Positions 19,959 through 30,084 of a DNA stretch of 64,000 nt are shown here, piece after piece. A program made the position numbers and the translations under genes. Source of the stretch: an uncultured Gemmatimonadales bacterium. Its GTDB lineage: Bacteria; Gemmatimonadota; Gemmatimonadetes; Gemmatimonadales; Gemmatimonadaceae. Position 1 is the stretch's first letter; each line of letters begins with the position of its first letter. The DNA lies in contig CAWBZV010000010.1 of assembly GCA_963793305.1 (NCBI GenBank), forward strand, positions 64,001 to 128,000. The letters are read 5' to 3'. The notes beneath the pieces were generated by a model, which saw nothing but the letters and a program-made list of their open reading frames with translations, had not been told where the DNA came from and ran no database searches.

Positions 19959-21423
19959 TCAGTGCGGCAGCCTAACGCCCGACGGGTGCTTCAGCTTGAG
20001 CTCGAGCGAGACCCTCTGCGTCGACGGCACACCGTACGTGTTCGTCATCGCCGAGATACTGCCCGTGAGCAACGCCTCCATCAAGAACGGGTTGTGAATC
20101 GGCGATCCCGGTAGCTCCGCAAGCTGCGGCGTTGAACAACGATCCCGCCGCCACCGTGTACGTGGCATTCGTCGATGCCGTCTCGGCCGGCGTCGCGCCA
20201 AGTACGGTCGCGAGTTGCGTTCGGAGCACCGTGTCCAGTTGCAGAATCCGTCCCACGCCTGTCAGATACGCCGACACCGCGACCGCCTGCGTCCCGTGGC
20301 ATCCGCTGGCCGTGCACCCAGCAAAGCTACGCGCTGCCGTCGTGACCGCGCAGTTCGTGGTGCCTGCTGGTAGCCCTTGCGCATTGATGCAGGGGATGGC
20401 GTTGAAGCTATGGCCCGTCGTGTGGTACACGAATTTGCCGGACGTATCGCTAATCGTGAGGCTATCGACATGGCACGTCGCGCACAGCCTGGGGTTGGCC
20501 GACGAGCCGTGGGTGCTGATAATTGTGTCGATTCCCCCAGGGATCTGGAGATTCGGCGGGAACCAGCCGGCCGTGCCGAGCAGGAGCGGGCCTTCGGGCG
20601 AATGCGGACCGTACTTCTTGGTGTCCGCATTGAGCACGCTACCGTTCTGGTGGCACTTCATGCACAGGTTGACCGACACGTCAGCGACGTTGATGGGGAA
20701 CCGGAGCTGGCCCGCATTGGCGTTGCTGTGCGGGTCGTGGCACACAGCGCACGTGATCGGGAGCGTGTCGCCGTTGGCGAAGCCCGCTTCTTTATAGTTC
20801 GTGTTCACGCCCCAGGCGACCAGCGCCCCTTGCCCCGTGTGGCAGCCCTGACACTGCGCGTTCGCCTCCGGGTGCGCCTCTTGCCAAGCCGGGACAGTGG
20901 CGTGACGCGAGGTCACCCACTCGTTGACAAACGGTTCGTGAACGCCGGTGTGACACGCGCCGCAGCCAGTCGTGCTGCTGGTGTCTGCGCGTAACGACGC
21001 GAGCGGATGATTCGTGATCGACGGACTCGTGACGTGCGTCAGTCCGGGGCCATGGCAGTTCTCACACTGGACGTCCTGGTAGCGCGGGTCCTTGGTAGCG
21101 ACGTAACCGACCTGCGCTGAGCTGGCCCCGTTGCCGTTCTGGCCGACGCTATGGCACTGCTGACAATTGGCGGGGTTTTCGCCCGTGGCGGTCAGGTCCT
21201 TCCAGGCATGCGCGTGCGCGGTCTGGATCCACGGCGTCTGGTGGTCGACGTGGCAGTCTCCGCAAACCGTCATCTGCGTGGAGACCGTGGCGTAGCCGAG
21301 GAAGCCGCCAGCATTGGAAGGCGGGGCGGCGAAGTTCGTGCTGCGGTAGACGATGTGATCGTGCACACAACCCAGCGCACTGGCGCTGGCGAGAACCGTC
21401 GCGAACCAGACTGACCGCCTCAT
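19959..21423 (-). CDS. Multiheme cytochrome lipoprotein (8 CxxCH + 1 CX4CH); frameshift near 20128
   Basis: Lipobox SALG/C; removing one base restores FNAQLAELPGSPIHNPFL to TGA at 19959. Confidence 0.85.
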
Positions 21424-21478
21424 CTTCGCGCTCTTGGCGAGAGTGCGTTCTAATAAATATCCTATCCTGCCGCGCGTC

Positions 21479-21497
21479 AGCCGGGGATTCCCTGACA
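21479..21497. promoter_or_regulatory. 19-bp palindromic operator
   Basis: A-GCCGGG-GATTC-CCTGAC-A upstream of the multiheme operon. Confidence 0.65.
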
Positions 21498-21557
21498 GAT
21501 CATCGATTGGTCGTGCGATATGGTAACGAGTTGTGTGCCTATTCCCGTGAACTGGAG

Positions 21558-22347
21558 ATGGCATCGATGACGACAGGCGCGACTCCGGCAGCGTTGACGA
21601 TCACGTGCGCGACCTGCGGCACCGAGTCGACCGGCGCGCGGTTCTGCCCCTCCTGCGGGGCGCCGCTCCAGGGCGCGCGATGCGGCGGGTGCGACTCGAC
21701 GCTGCTGACCGGCGCCCGTTACTGCCACCGATGCGGCACGGCAGCCGGCGCCGCGGGGCCCTCGCGCCTGCGCGTCGCGCCAGCGACGCCTTGGGTCGTC
21801 GCGGCCGTCGCGCTGTTGGCGCTCGTCGTCTTGATCGTGAGCAGACGGTCGACGCCCGCAGCCGTCGACGTCGCCGCGGCCGACCCACCCGCGGCCCCCG
21901 CGGCCGGCGCGCTGGATATCAGCGCAATGTCCCCAGCGGAGCGGGCGGACCGGTTGTTCGACCGGGTGATGCGACTGCACGAGGAGGGGAAGGACGACAG
22001 CGTGCAGTTCTTCCGACCGATGGTGCTCTCGGCGTACCAGATGATCGGGCCGCTCGACCTGGATCAGCACTACGACCTCGGTGAGATCGGAGAGACGCTC
22101 GGCATGATGAATCTGGCGACCGCCGAAGCCGACACGATTCTCCGCGCCGAGCCCAAGCATTCTGCTCGGGCTCGCGCTCGCCGCGCGGGTCGCGGCCGAG
22201 ACGCAGCATGCCGCTGCCGCCCGCGGCTACTACCGCCGGCTGCTGGCTGCGGCGCCGACCGAGCGCCAGCGTCCGCTCCCGGAGTACACGCGGCACGACA
22301 GGGACATCACGACCGCGCTCGCCGCCGCGGCGGCGCTGGGGCGTTGA
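21558..22347 (+). CDS. Double zinc-ribbon membrane protein with TPR-like C-terminus; frameshift near 22160
   Basis: CATC, CPSC, CGGC, CHRC, then a TM helix; the corrected frame reads EPKHLLGLALAAR...ALGR*. Confidence 0.75.
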
Positions 22348-22364
22348 GGGGTAATGTCCGACCG

Positions 22365-22496
22365 GTCGAGCAGGCGGCGTGGAGCGTCAACGGCGTCCGC
22401 GCGATTGCCGAGCGGCTGCGCGTGCGCCGGACGTCCGACACCGGCCCATCCGATACGGCGCTCGCGCTCGCGGTGCTGAAAGCGCTCGAGCATGAG
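22365..22496 (+). pseudogene. BON-domain gene fragment
   Basis: VEQAAWSVNGVRAIAERLRV...GPSDTALALAVL aligns with VERAIWSVPDVRAITQRLRS...GPTDRTLASDVL of the BON gene at 41252. Confidence 0.6.
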
Positions 22497-22614
22497 CCTG
22501 CGGCCGCCGGATGCCGTCCGCGCGGACATCCCGGTCGGCCGGGCCTTCGAGATGTCGCTGACCAGACACGCCCAGGCGTGATGTGCGAAACCGCGCCGCT
22601 GTTGCCAGCGGAGC

Positions 22615-22947
22615 TCACTTCGAGGAGAGTCCACGGACGTACTTCGCGAGGGTTGCCATCTGACTCGACGTGAGCTTGCCTTTGAACGGTGGCATGTCTC
22701 CGCCCTTTCCTCCCGTGAGCACTTTCACGATCGAGTCGTCCGTGCGCACCGCGATGAACGCGGAGTCGAACGTCGGGATCTTGTTGAGCGCCGACTTGAC
22801 GTTCTTCGGCGGGAGCCCGCGGACGCCGTGACATTGCATGCAGTTCTGGTCGTACAAAGCTTTGGCATCGTCCTGCAGACCGTGCACACGAACTGATGCA
22901 AGCGATGCCAGCAGCGTGAGGGAAAAACCTACGACCCGGATGATCAT
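22615..22947 (-). CDS. Monoheme class I cytochrome c
   Basis: Signal peptide, YDQNCMQCHG, GDMPPF. Confidence 0.9.
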   Translation of the reverse strand: MIIRVVGFSLTLLASLASVRVHGLQDDAKALYDQNCMQCHGVRGLPPKNVKSALNKIPTFDSAFIAVRTDDSIVKVLTGGKGGDMPPFKGKLTSSQMATLAKYVRGLSSK

Positions 22948-24446
22948 CGCGTGCTCGTGGTTGTGCGTGGCTCGGGAAACGTATCGCGGAACTCCGGCGG
23001 CTGCGTCGCCCCGTGCGGGCCCCGCAACGACGACAGGTACTGGGCGAGCTCTTCGATTTCCTGATGGCTCAGCGTCGGCGGTCCGAACGCTGGCATCTTC
23101 GAGTCGCGATGAAAGCGCGTCGGCTCTTCGATGAAACTGTGCAACCAGGCGGTTGAATGCAACAAGCCGATGCTCCCGAGCTCCGGCGCGTTCGGGGCAG
23201 CGGCGGATTGCTGCACCGGCGGTCCGTTGATCTGATGACAGCCGCCGCATTGTTGCTGCGCGAACAAGGTGCGACCGGCGCGCTCGACGTACGTCAATGG
23301 CCGCCCGACCTCGGGCACGATCCTCGGTGAAGGCGCATCATGGGCCGACGCGCCGAAGAGCATCGCCACCACCGCCGCCGTCACGCCAAGCGAAAGGAGC
23401 GCCAGCGGCCGACGACGGAGCGAACGGGCACTCCCCCGGTCGAAGAACGGAAGGAGGAGGAGCCCCAACGCGACGAGACCCGGGACACCCACGGCGATGA
23501 CGCTCTCGAGCGCGCCGGGGACGAGCTTCAGCAGTTGAAAGAACGGCAGGAAATACCATTCGGGCCGCGGCACGTAGACCGCATCAGTCGGGTCGGCGGG
23601 GGATTCGAGTCCGGCGCCTTGCACGCTCGCGAGCAACACGAGCAACGCGACGACTCCAGTCGCGACAACGATATCCTTCGCGATGATGTCGGGCCAGAAC
23701 GGAACGCCTTTGGCCTTCGACTCCGCACTCGTCTCGCGATAGAACTGGGCATAGGCGCCGTCGCCGGTGCTCGCCGGTGCATCACGCTCCAGTACCGCGG
23801 GTGGCGATGCGATGCCTTGCCGAACAACGAGCGCGAGGTGCAGCAATACGACCACCCCGATCGCGAGCGGCAGGACGAGCACGTGCAACGAATAGAAGCG
23901 CGTGAGCGTGGCGGCGCCGAGCTGCCCCCCTCCGCGCAGCAGCTCGACCAGAACGCCCCCGACGATCGGCGTCGTGCCGGCGATATTGGTGCCCACTTGC
24001 GTCGCCCAATATGCCTTCTGGTCCCAAGGCAACAGGTACCCGGTGAACCCGAACCCCAGCACGACGAAGAGCAGGACGACGCCAAGAAGCCAGTTGAGCT
24101 CGCGGGGATACTTGTACGCGCCCATCGTGAAGACGCGAACCATGTGGGCGCAGACGAGTACGACCATCGCCGAGGCACCCCAATGGTGAACCCCGCGCAG
24201 CAGCGCTCCGCTGGCAACCGTTTGGTCGATGTAGCGAATGCTGTCGTACGCGTGGTCCGGCGACGGCGCATAGTACATGGCGAGGACGATGCCCGTCACG
24301 ACCTGCACGGCAAGCACCGTCAGCGTCGCGCTGCCGAGGGTGTGCGACCACGTGAGCCCGGACGGCATCTTGCGGTCGAGCAGTGTTCGGCGCAACTCGG
24401 CGACGTCTACGCGCACATCGAGCCAACGGGCTATGGCGGCGAACAA
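22944..24446 (-). CDS. qcrB: Cytochrome b fused to subunit IV and a C-terminal cytochrome c (bc complex)
   Basis: RGVHHWGAS, AHMVR, TGYLLPWDQ, TLTRFYSLH, PEWY, CGGCH...SKMP. Confidence 0.92.
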   Translation of the reverse strand: MFAAIARWLDVRVDVAELRRTLLDRKMPSGLTWSHTLGSATLTVLAVQVVTGIVLAMYYAPSPDHAYDSIRYIDQTVASGALLRGVHHWGASAMVVLVCAHMVRVFTMGAYKYPRELNWLLGVVLLFVVLGFGFTGYLLPWDQKAYWATQVGTNIAGTTPIVGGVLVELLRGGGQLGAATLTRFYSLHVLVLPLAIGVVVLLHLALVVRQGIASPPAVLERDAPASTGDGAYAQFYRETSAESKAKGVPFWPDIIAKDIVVATGVVALLVLLASVQGAGLESPADPTDAVYVPRPEWYFLPFFQLLKLVPGALESVIAVGVPGLVALGLLLLPFFDRGSARSLRRRPLALLSLGVTAAVVAMLFGASAHDAPSPRIVPEVGRPLTYVERAGRTLFAQQQCGGCHQINGPPVQQSAAAPNAPELGSIGLLHSTAWLHSFIEEPTRFHRDSKMPAFGPPTLSHQEIEELAQYLSSLRGPHGATQPPEFRDTFPEPRTTTSTR

Positions 24447-24965
24447 CTACGCCTCGACCTGATTCGCGATACCAAGGCGGAAATCCTTGTAGTTGACCCA
24501 GACCGCGCCGTCACGTACTTCCGCCTTCAACTCGTCGAGCGACCGCGGCGGTGGGCCCGCCAGCACTCGGCCCGTCGTGATATCGAACTGTCCGTGATGA
24601 CACGGGCAGACGAAGTTCTTCGTGCCCTGATCGTACCCGAACGCGCAGCCCAGGTGCGTGCAGTGGGCATTATAGGCCTTGAACGTCTTGCCGTTCTTCG
24701 TGTAGAGCCAGACGCTATTCAGTTGCCGATCCTCCACCCACGCGTCGACCCTGCTTTCGACGAAGCTGACGCGCAGTGGAATATCCGTGTCGATCAGAGC
24801 AACGTCGTCGGCGACCTTCACCCAGCGATCGGGCCTCGCCGAAGACAGTGACGGTGAGAGGAACGCTCGGAGCACCGGAAAGCCGACGAGCGCGGCGCCC
24901 AGTGTCGCTCCGATACCGCTGACCCACTGCAGGAAGCGCCGCCGACCCACCCGTGAGTCACTCAC
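24447..24965 (-). CDS. qcrA: Rieske [2Fe-2S] subunit of the bc complex
   Basis: Tat motif GRRRFL with TM helix, CTHLGC, CPCHHG, GPPPRSL. Confidence 0.93.
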   Translation of the reverse strand: MSDSRVGRRRFLQWVSGIGATLGAALVGFPVLRAFLSPSLSSARPDRWVKVADDVALIDTDIPLRVSFVESRVDAWVEDRQLNSVWLYTKNGKTFKAYNAHCTHLGCAFGYDQGTKNFVCPCHHGQFDITTGRVLAGPPPRSLDELKAEVRDGAVWVNYKDFRLGIANQVEA

Positions 24966-24976
24966 CGCCTTGCGCC

Positions 24977-25819
24977 TCAGTTCACGGTGATAGTTTGGAT
25001 CATCCCTTCCATGAAGTGCGGCTTCCCGTTCTTGATGTCCGGGATGAGGCACAAGAGCGCGTAGTTGCCCGGCTCGAAGGTCGCGGTAAACGATTGCACG
25101 ATGCCGGTGGCCGCGGCCGCAGTACCACCCATGGCGTGCCCTGGCGCCGGGCCCTGCATGGTGCGAGCCCAGTCGATGTAGTCCTGCCCCGTCTTGCCGG
25201 CGTCGAGCTGCACGACGAGCACCTCATGGGGCTGCCCCGGCGCGGTCACGACCTCGAAGGTGTGTGTGCCAGCCGTGATCGGCTTGGCGAGGGCGAACAC
25301 GAAGTCGCTCAGTGTGATGGCGTTGTCGGTGACCGGCGCGATGGCAACCGGCCCCCCGGGCGTTGCCGGCGACGCCGCGGTCACGGTCAGCGCGCGGTAC
25401 ATGCCTTTCATATAATGCGGCACGCCATTGGGCACGTCGAGAATGCAGATGATCGCGTAGTTGCCAGCCGCAATGTCGAGCGTCGCGGCCGATTCCTTTC
25501 CCGGATCGGGCACATTGGGGCCGCCGACATACGTTGCCCACGCCGGCAAGGCGTACTGTTTCTTGATCGCGACCAAGAGATCGGCGACCGTCTTGCCGCT
25601 GTCGAGGCGAACGAGCAGGGCGTGATGCAACCCTGGTCCGCGGTTGACGAGATGGAACGTCGTGACGCCGGCGGCAATCTGCGCTGGCGCAACGAATGCG
25701 AAGTCGCTGGCCTCTATCATCACGGACGCCGGTCCGGGTGGTGAGGCGGGAGGCGTCTGCTTTGATTCACAGGCTGTCACGAGCAGACCGAGTGCGAGAG
25801 CGGAACGGTAGGTGCGCAT
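24977..25819 (-). CDS. Lipoprotein with two tandem cupredoxin-like domains
   Basis: Lipobox VTA/C; two repeats H...Y(A)xxC...PH(Y/F)MxGM giving His/Cys/His/Met ligand sets. Confidence 0.75.
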   Translation of the reverse strand: MRTYRSALALGLLVTACESKQTPPASPPGPASVMIEASDFAFVAPAQIAAGVTTFHLVNRGPGLHHALLVRLDSGKTVADLLVAIKKQYALPAWATYVGGPNVPDPGKESAATLDIAAGNYAIICILDVPNGVPHYMKGMYRALTVTAASPATPGGPVAIAPVTDNAITLSDFVFALAKPITAGTHTFEVVTAPGQPHEVLVVQLDAGKTGQDYIDWARTMQGPAPGHAMGGTAAAATGIVQSFTATFEPGNYALLCLIPDIKNGKPHFMEGMIQTITVN

Positions 25820-25905
25820 GCGACCCCGCCAGCGGAAGAGGGAACGCTACGACTGCGCCATCATATCGCCGTCGATATGGTCCGGGAATAGGAGAATATT
25901 CGACG

Positions 25906-27937
25906 CTATGTACGGGAAACGCTGACAGCGGATGCCGACTCGAGCACGGTCTGATATCCGCTCTTCGCCCGAGACCGCTCCGCTTGCGGCCACATGACGA
26001 TCAACCCGCCGATGGCCATGGTGAGCCCGCCATACCATACCCACCAGACCAGTGGATTGAACGTGATGCGGATTTCGGCGGTATCCTCGTTGATCGCGCC
26101 GGCGAGCACCACGTAGAACGTCCTGAGCCAGGCCTTCCTGGATGCCGACCGCGGTCGACGGCTCGAACGTCCCGTTGCCGCGGCTATCGAAGTGCTGCCG
26201 CTTCTCGCTCTCGATGAGCGGCATGCGCTGGCCATCGCGGGTCGGCTTGAGCGTCACGGCAACCACATGGCGGTTGAGCTGGTCGAACAGTGACACGCCT
26301 TCGCTCACGAAGCGCCAGTGATGTCCGTATGGGTCGGTCGTTTCGAAGCTCTCGCCAGTGTGCAGCGTCACGTCGTTCTCGCGCTTGAACGCGAGACCGG
26401 CGAACGCGCAGAACAGAATGACCACGCCCGCGTGTACGATGTACCCGCCGTAGCGCCGACGATTCCGGCCGACGAGGCGCACGAATGCCACGGGCGCCGA
26501 TTCGCCGTGCATACGCCGGCGTGCCCCGACTCCCTTGTAGAATTCCTGCGCTATCGTCCCAGCGACGAACCCCGCCAGCGCATAAGCCACGACTGCGTGC
26601 CACTCGCGCATGCCCGCTGCCACCAGCAGCACACCGGTCGAAACGCCAGTGAACGTGGGCAGAACGAACTGCCGCTTGAGATTCGCGACCGACGCCCGGC
26701 GCCAGGCGATCAGCGGACCGATTCCCGTGAGCAATAGCAACAACAGGCCGAGCGGGATGTTGACCGCGTTAAAAAATGGCGGGCCGACCGTGATCTTCGA
26801 GCCGCGCACCGCCTCGCTCAGGATCGGGAAGAGCGTGCCCCACAGCACCGAGAACGCGATCCCGACCAGCAACAAATTGTTGTAGAGAAATGCCGCTTCC
26901 CGGCTGACCATGCTCTCCAGCTCGGCCTTGGCCTCCAAGTCCTTGAGACGAGTCGCCACCAGGTAGGCCGTGACCGCGACGCAAGCAACCAGCATCCCCG
27001 CGAACCAGTTGCCGACCGGTGACTGTGCGAACGAGTGGACGCTCGAGATCACGCCGCTGCGCGTGATGAACGTGCCGAGAATCGCGAGCAAGAACGTCGA
27101 CACCACCAGCACGACGTTCCATTTGCGGAGCATGCCCCGCTTCTCCTGGACCATGATCGAGTGCAAGAACGCGGTGCCCGTGAGCCACGGGAGCAGCGAT
27201 GCGTTCTCGACGGGATCCCACGCCCAATATCCACCCCAGCCGAGCTCGACGTAGGCCCACCACATGCCGAGCGTGATGCCGACCGTGAGAAAGAACCATG
27301 AGACGAGCGACCACCGGCGCACGGCGCTGAGCCACTCGGCGTCGAGCCGGCGCGTAATCAGCGCGGCGATCGCGAAGGCGAACGGGATCGCGGTCGCGAC
27401 GTAGCCGAGGTACAGGTTCGGTGGGTGAATCGCCATACCGGGATTCTGGAGCTGGGGATTGAGCCCGTTGCCGTCGGCCGGCATCCAGTCGAGGTGGTCG
27501 TACGGATTCGCGCCAAAACACATCGTCGCCAGAAAGAACAGCGTAATGGCCGACAGGGTGCCCGCGACATACGGCATGAGCACCTGATTGCGGCCACGAT
27601 TCGTCCACAGCGCGACGGCCGAATACGCGCTCAGAATCAAGCACCAGAAGAGCATCGAGCCGGCTTGCCCTGCCCAGAACGCGGTCAGCGTATACACGAA
27701 CGGCAAGTTGGCACTCGTGTACTCGGCCACGAACTTGAGCGAGAAGTCGTGGGTGATGAGCGCGGTCCAAAGTCCGAGTGACGCCAGCGCAACGAACCCG
27801 CACGTGGCATAGATCCCCCGTGCGCCGCTCTCGACCAGGTTGCGCCAATGGAGCGCGCCGCCGGCGAACGAGACGACCGTGGACCAGGTGGCGACGACGA
27901 GCGCCAACCAGAGGGACAACTCCCCGATGAGTATCAC
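25906..27937 (-). CDS. ccmF: Cytochrome c heme lyase CcmF; frameshift near 26117
   Basis: FWAGQAGS, IHPP.LY.GY, WAYVELGWGGYWAWDPVENAS, SVHSF; corrected C-terminus QDVYVVL...NPLVWWVW. Confidence 0.93.
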
Positions 27938-28380
27938 GTCGTCGCGTTCGGCAACCGATAGCCTGGCGTGTTGCGATACTTCTGGGGGGCGTTCTCATAG
28001 CGCGACGCGCACTTGGCGAGCAGCGTCGTCGCGCGGAACGTGCCATCGTGGCCGAGTCGCCCTTCTACCACGACATCGACACCATCGGTGAACGTGTCGG
28101 GCGTGATGCCGCGATAGACGACCGGGTACGTGTGCGCGCCATCCGAGACTCTAAAGCTGACCTCGCGCCCTCCGGGCGTTCGGACGATCGAGCCCGGGAC
28201 CACGCGTGCACCGACCTTGACGCCGGTTTCGACGAACGTCGGGTCAGTGGAGACCTTGGTGGCGAGCTCTTGGGGCGTGAGATAGTACTCGCCGGTCGTC
28301 TTGATCGCGTTCGCCATCAGCAAGCCGGCCGCGCTGAGGATGACTACTCCGCCGGCCAGCCACATCGTCCGTGGGTGCAT
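27934..28380 (-). CDS. ccmE: Heme chaperone CcmE, CxxxY (System I*) variant
   Basis: YYLTP.E, PDTF....VVVEG, LLAKCASRY. Confidence 0.92.
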   Translation of the reverse strand: MHPRTMWLAGGVVILSAAGLLMANAIKTTGEYYLTPQELATKVSTDPTFVETGVKVGARVVPGSIVRTPGGREVSFRVSDGAHTYPVVYRGITPDTFTDGVDVVVEGRLGHDGTFRATTLLAKCASRYENAPQKYRNTPGYRLPNATT

Positions 28381-28413
28381 CGGACTAATATCTCCCAGAC
28401 CTCCTGCGACTTG

Positions 28414-28432
28414 TGTCAGGGGTTCGCTGACA
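28414..28432. promoter_or_regulatory. 19-bp palindromic operator
   Basis: T-GTCAGG-GGTTC-GCTGAC-A between divergent ccmE and the PNPOx-like gene. Confidence 0.75.
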
Positions 28433-28446
28433 TCATCATTGCGTCT

Positions 28447-28900
28447 GTGCCTCACGCCAATCAGCCCCAGATCCACGAGCTCGATCGCGCCGCCTGCGAG
28501 GCGATCCTCGCGCGGCACTCGGTCGGAACGTCTCGCATTCTGGCAGCACAATCGCGTCGATATCGAACCGCTGAACTATGTGTTCGTCGACGGATGGATC
28601 TACGGCCGCACGTCACCCGGCCGGAAGATCGAGGCCGTCGGGCACCAACACCATGTCGCGTTCGAGGTCGACGAAGTCGCCGGCCCGTTCGATTGGCGCA
28701 GCGTCGTCGTCCACGGGGGCTGGTACCGGATGGAAACAGCTCCGCCGGCTGAGTTGGCGCACTGGGAGCGAGGAGTCGATGCGCTGCGCAAGCTCGTGCC
28801 GGGGAGCCTCAGCGAGAGTGACCCCGTCCCGTTCCGAACCGTCGTCTTCCGCATTCACGCGGCCGAGATCACCGGCCGGGAATGCTCGCCACCTCGCTAG
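28447..28900 (+). CDS. Pyridoxamine-5'-phosphate-oxidase-like flavin-binding protein; frameshift near 28527
   Basis: ELDRAACEAILARHSVG joined to RLAF...P.NYV...YGRTSPGRK...VAFEVDE...WRSVVVHG. Confidence 0.85.
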
Positions 28901-29564
28901 ACTCGGCGCTGACCTCGAGCCGATTCACGACCTCCGTCACACCGGGCGCATTGTACGCTGCCCGTTCGGCGTCACGGCGCTCGGCCATCGACCGGACGGT
29001 CCCGCGCAGCGTCACTCGTTCGCCGACCGCTTCGATCGCGATCCCGCTCACGTCCAGCCTCGAGTGCCGCAAGAGCGCCTTCTCGATTTCCCGCTTCACC
29101 TGACTCGCTGTCGGGATCGGCGGCACGACCACGATGTCGTTGGTGATCCCGCGAACACCAACCAAGTACGAGATCGAGCGCTCCGCGGATTTCCGCTGGT
29201 AGTGATACGGGACGGTGCCGCGCAGCCGAACCCACCCGTGCTCGACCGCCACGGCGACCGCGCCACGCGGGAGGAACGAATCCCATTCGATCGCCACCGC
29301 CGCCGCACGCGCAAGTGACTCATCCTCGGTCCGAAACGCGCTCGGCAGCTTGACTTCCAGCTCCGAGGCGACGGCGCGCACGCCCTTGACGCGTTCGACC
29401 GCCTCGATCGCGGCGTGCTTCTCGGCCAGACTCGGTAAGGACCCGGTCAGCGTGACGATGCCCTCCGACACCGTGACCCCGAGGCCCTTCTCGGTCACGC
29501 TTGGCTCCCAGAGAATCTCGTCGAGCACGTCGCGCTCGAGCTCCGCATCCGTGATCGACATCAT
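28869..29564 (-). CDS. Triple BON-domain (OsmY-like) protein
   Basis: Three repeats of V.L.G.V...GV..V.N.L.V. Confidence 0.92.
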   Translation of the reverse strand: MMSITDAELERDVLDEILWEPSVTEKGLGVTVSEGIVTLTGSLPSLAEKHAAIEAVERVKGVRAVASELEVKLPSAFRTEDESLARAAAVAIEWDSFLPRGAVAVAVEHGWVRLRGTVPYHYQRKSAERSISYLVGVRGITNDIVVVPPIPTASQVKREIEKALLRHSRLDVSGIAIEAVGERVTLRGTVRSMAERRDAERAAYNAPGVTEVVNRLEVSAESSEVASIPGR

Positions 29565-29986
29565 GTGAGCACCTCGCTGGTGATGCCCCGCACTCCGGGG
29601 ACGCACTCGAGCGCCTGCTCGACCAACTCGTAGGCCGCGGCGGATGCCACCCCACTCAAATTGACCCACCCGTGCTCGACGCGCGCAAACACGTCGGGTC
29701 GATCGGGGATCGTGTCGAGCGCCGCCACGATCGCATGCGCGATCGTCGTGTCGCTCAACGGCTGCACCGGCTCGCCGATGACGTGCACGGCGTCGGCGAG
29801 TGCTCGCACGCCCGGCACGGATGCCAGGACGCGCTCGAGCGCGGTCTTTTGCTCCTGGGTGGCGACATGTCCATTCAGCGTGACCACGCCGTCGGCGATC
29901 GACACAGCGATGTTTCTCCCCATTACACCGAGCTCGCGCTCGAGCGCCGTCACGATATCCACGTAGATCCTGTCGTCGGTCCACAT
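29561..29986 (-). CDS. Double BON-domain protein
   Basis: GVVTLNGHV...VPGVRAL and GWVNLSG...VPGVRGI. Confidence 0.85.
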   Translation of the reverse strand: MWTDDRIYVDIVTALERELGVMGRNIAVSIADGVVTLNGHVATQEQKTALERVLASVPGVRALADAVHVIGEPVQPLSDTTIAHAIVAALDTIPDRPDVFARVEHGWVNLSGVASAAAYELVEQALECVPGVRGITSEVLT

Positions 29987-30065
29987 ACGCTCCGTCCTCG
30001 CTAATGTGTGCGATCAACCTAGGGCGGCGCGTGCGTGGGCGGTGTCCGGCTGATCGCCTCACGCG

Positions 30066-30084
30066 TGTCGGGCCTTCCCCTACG
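30066..30084. promoter_or_regulatory. 19-bp palindromic operator
   Basis: T-GTCGGG-CCTTC-CCCTAC-G upstream of the BON pair, overlapping the regulator stop codon. Confidence 0.6.

Noticed and set aside
1697..24851. Long antisense or alternate-frame ORFs (e.g. 1697-3184, 9363-10805, 16616-18124, 23340-24851)
   Set aside because: Arg/Ala/Pro-rich shadows of real genes in high-GC DNA, with no recognisable motifs
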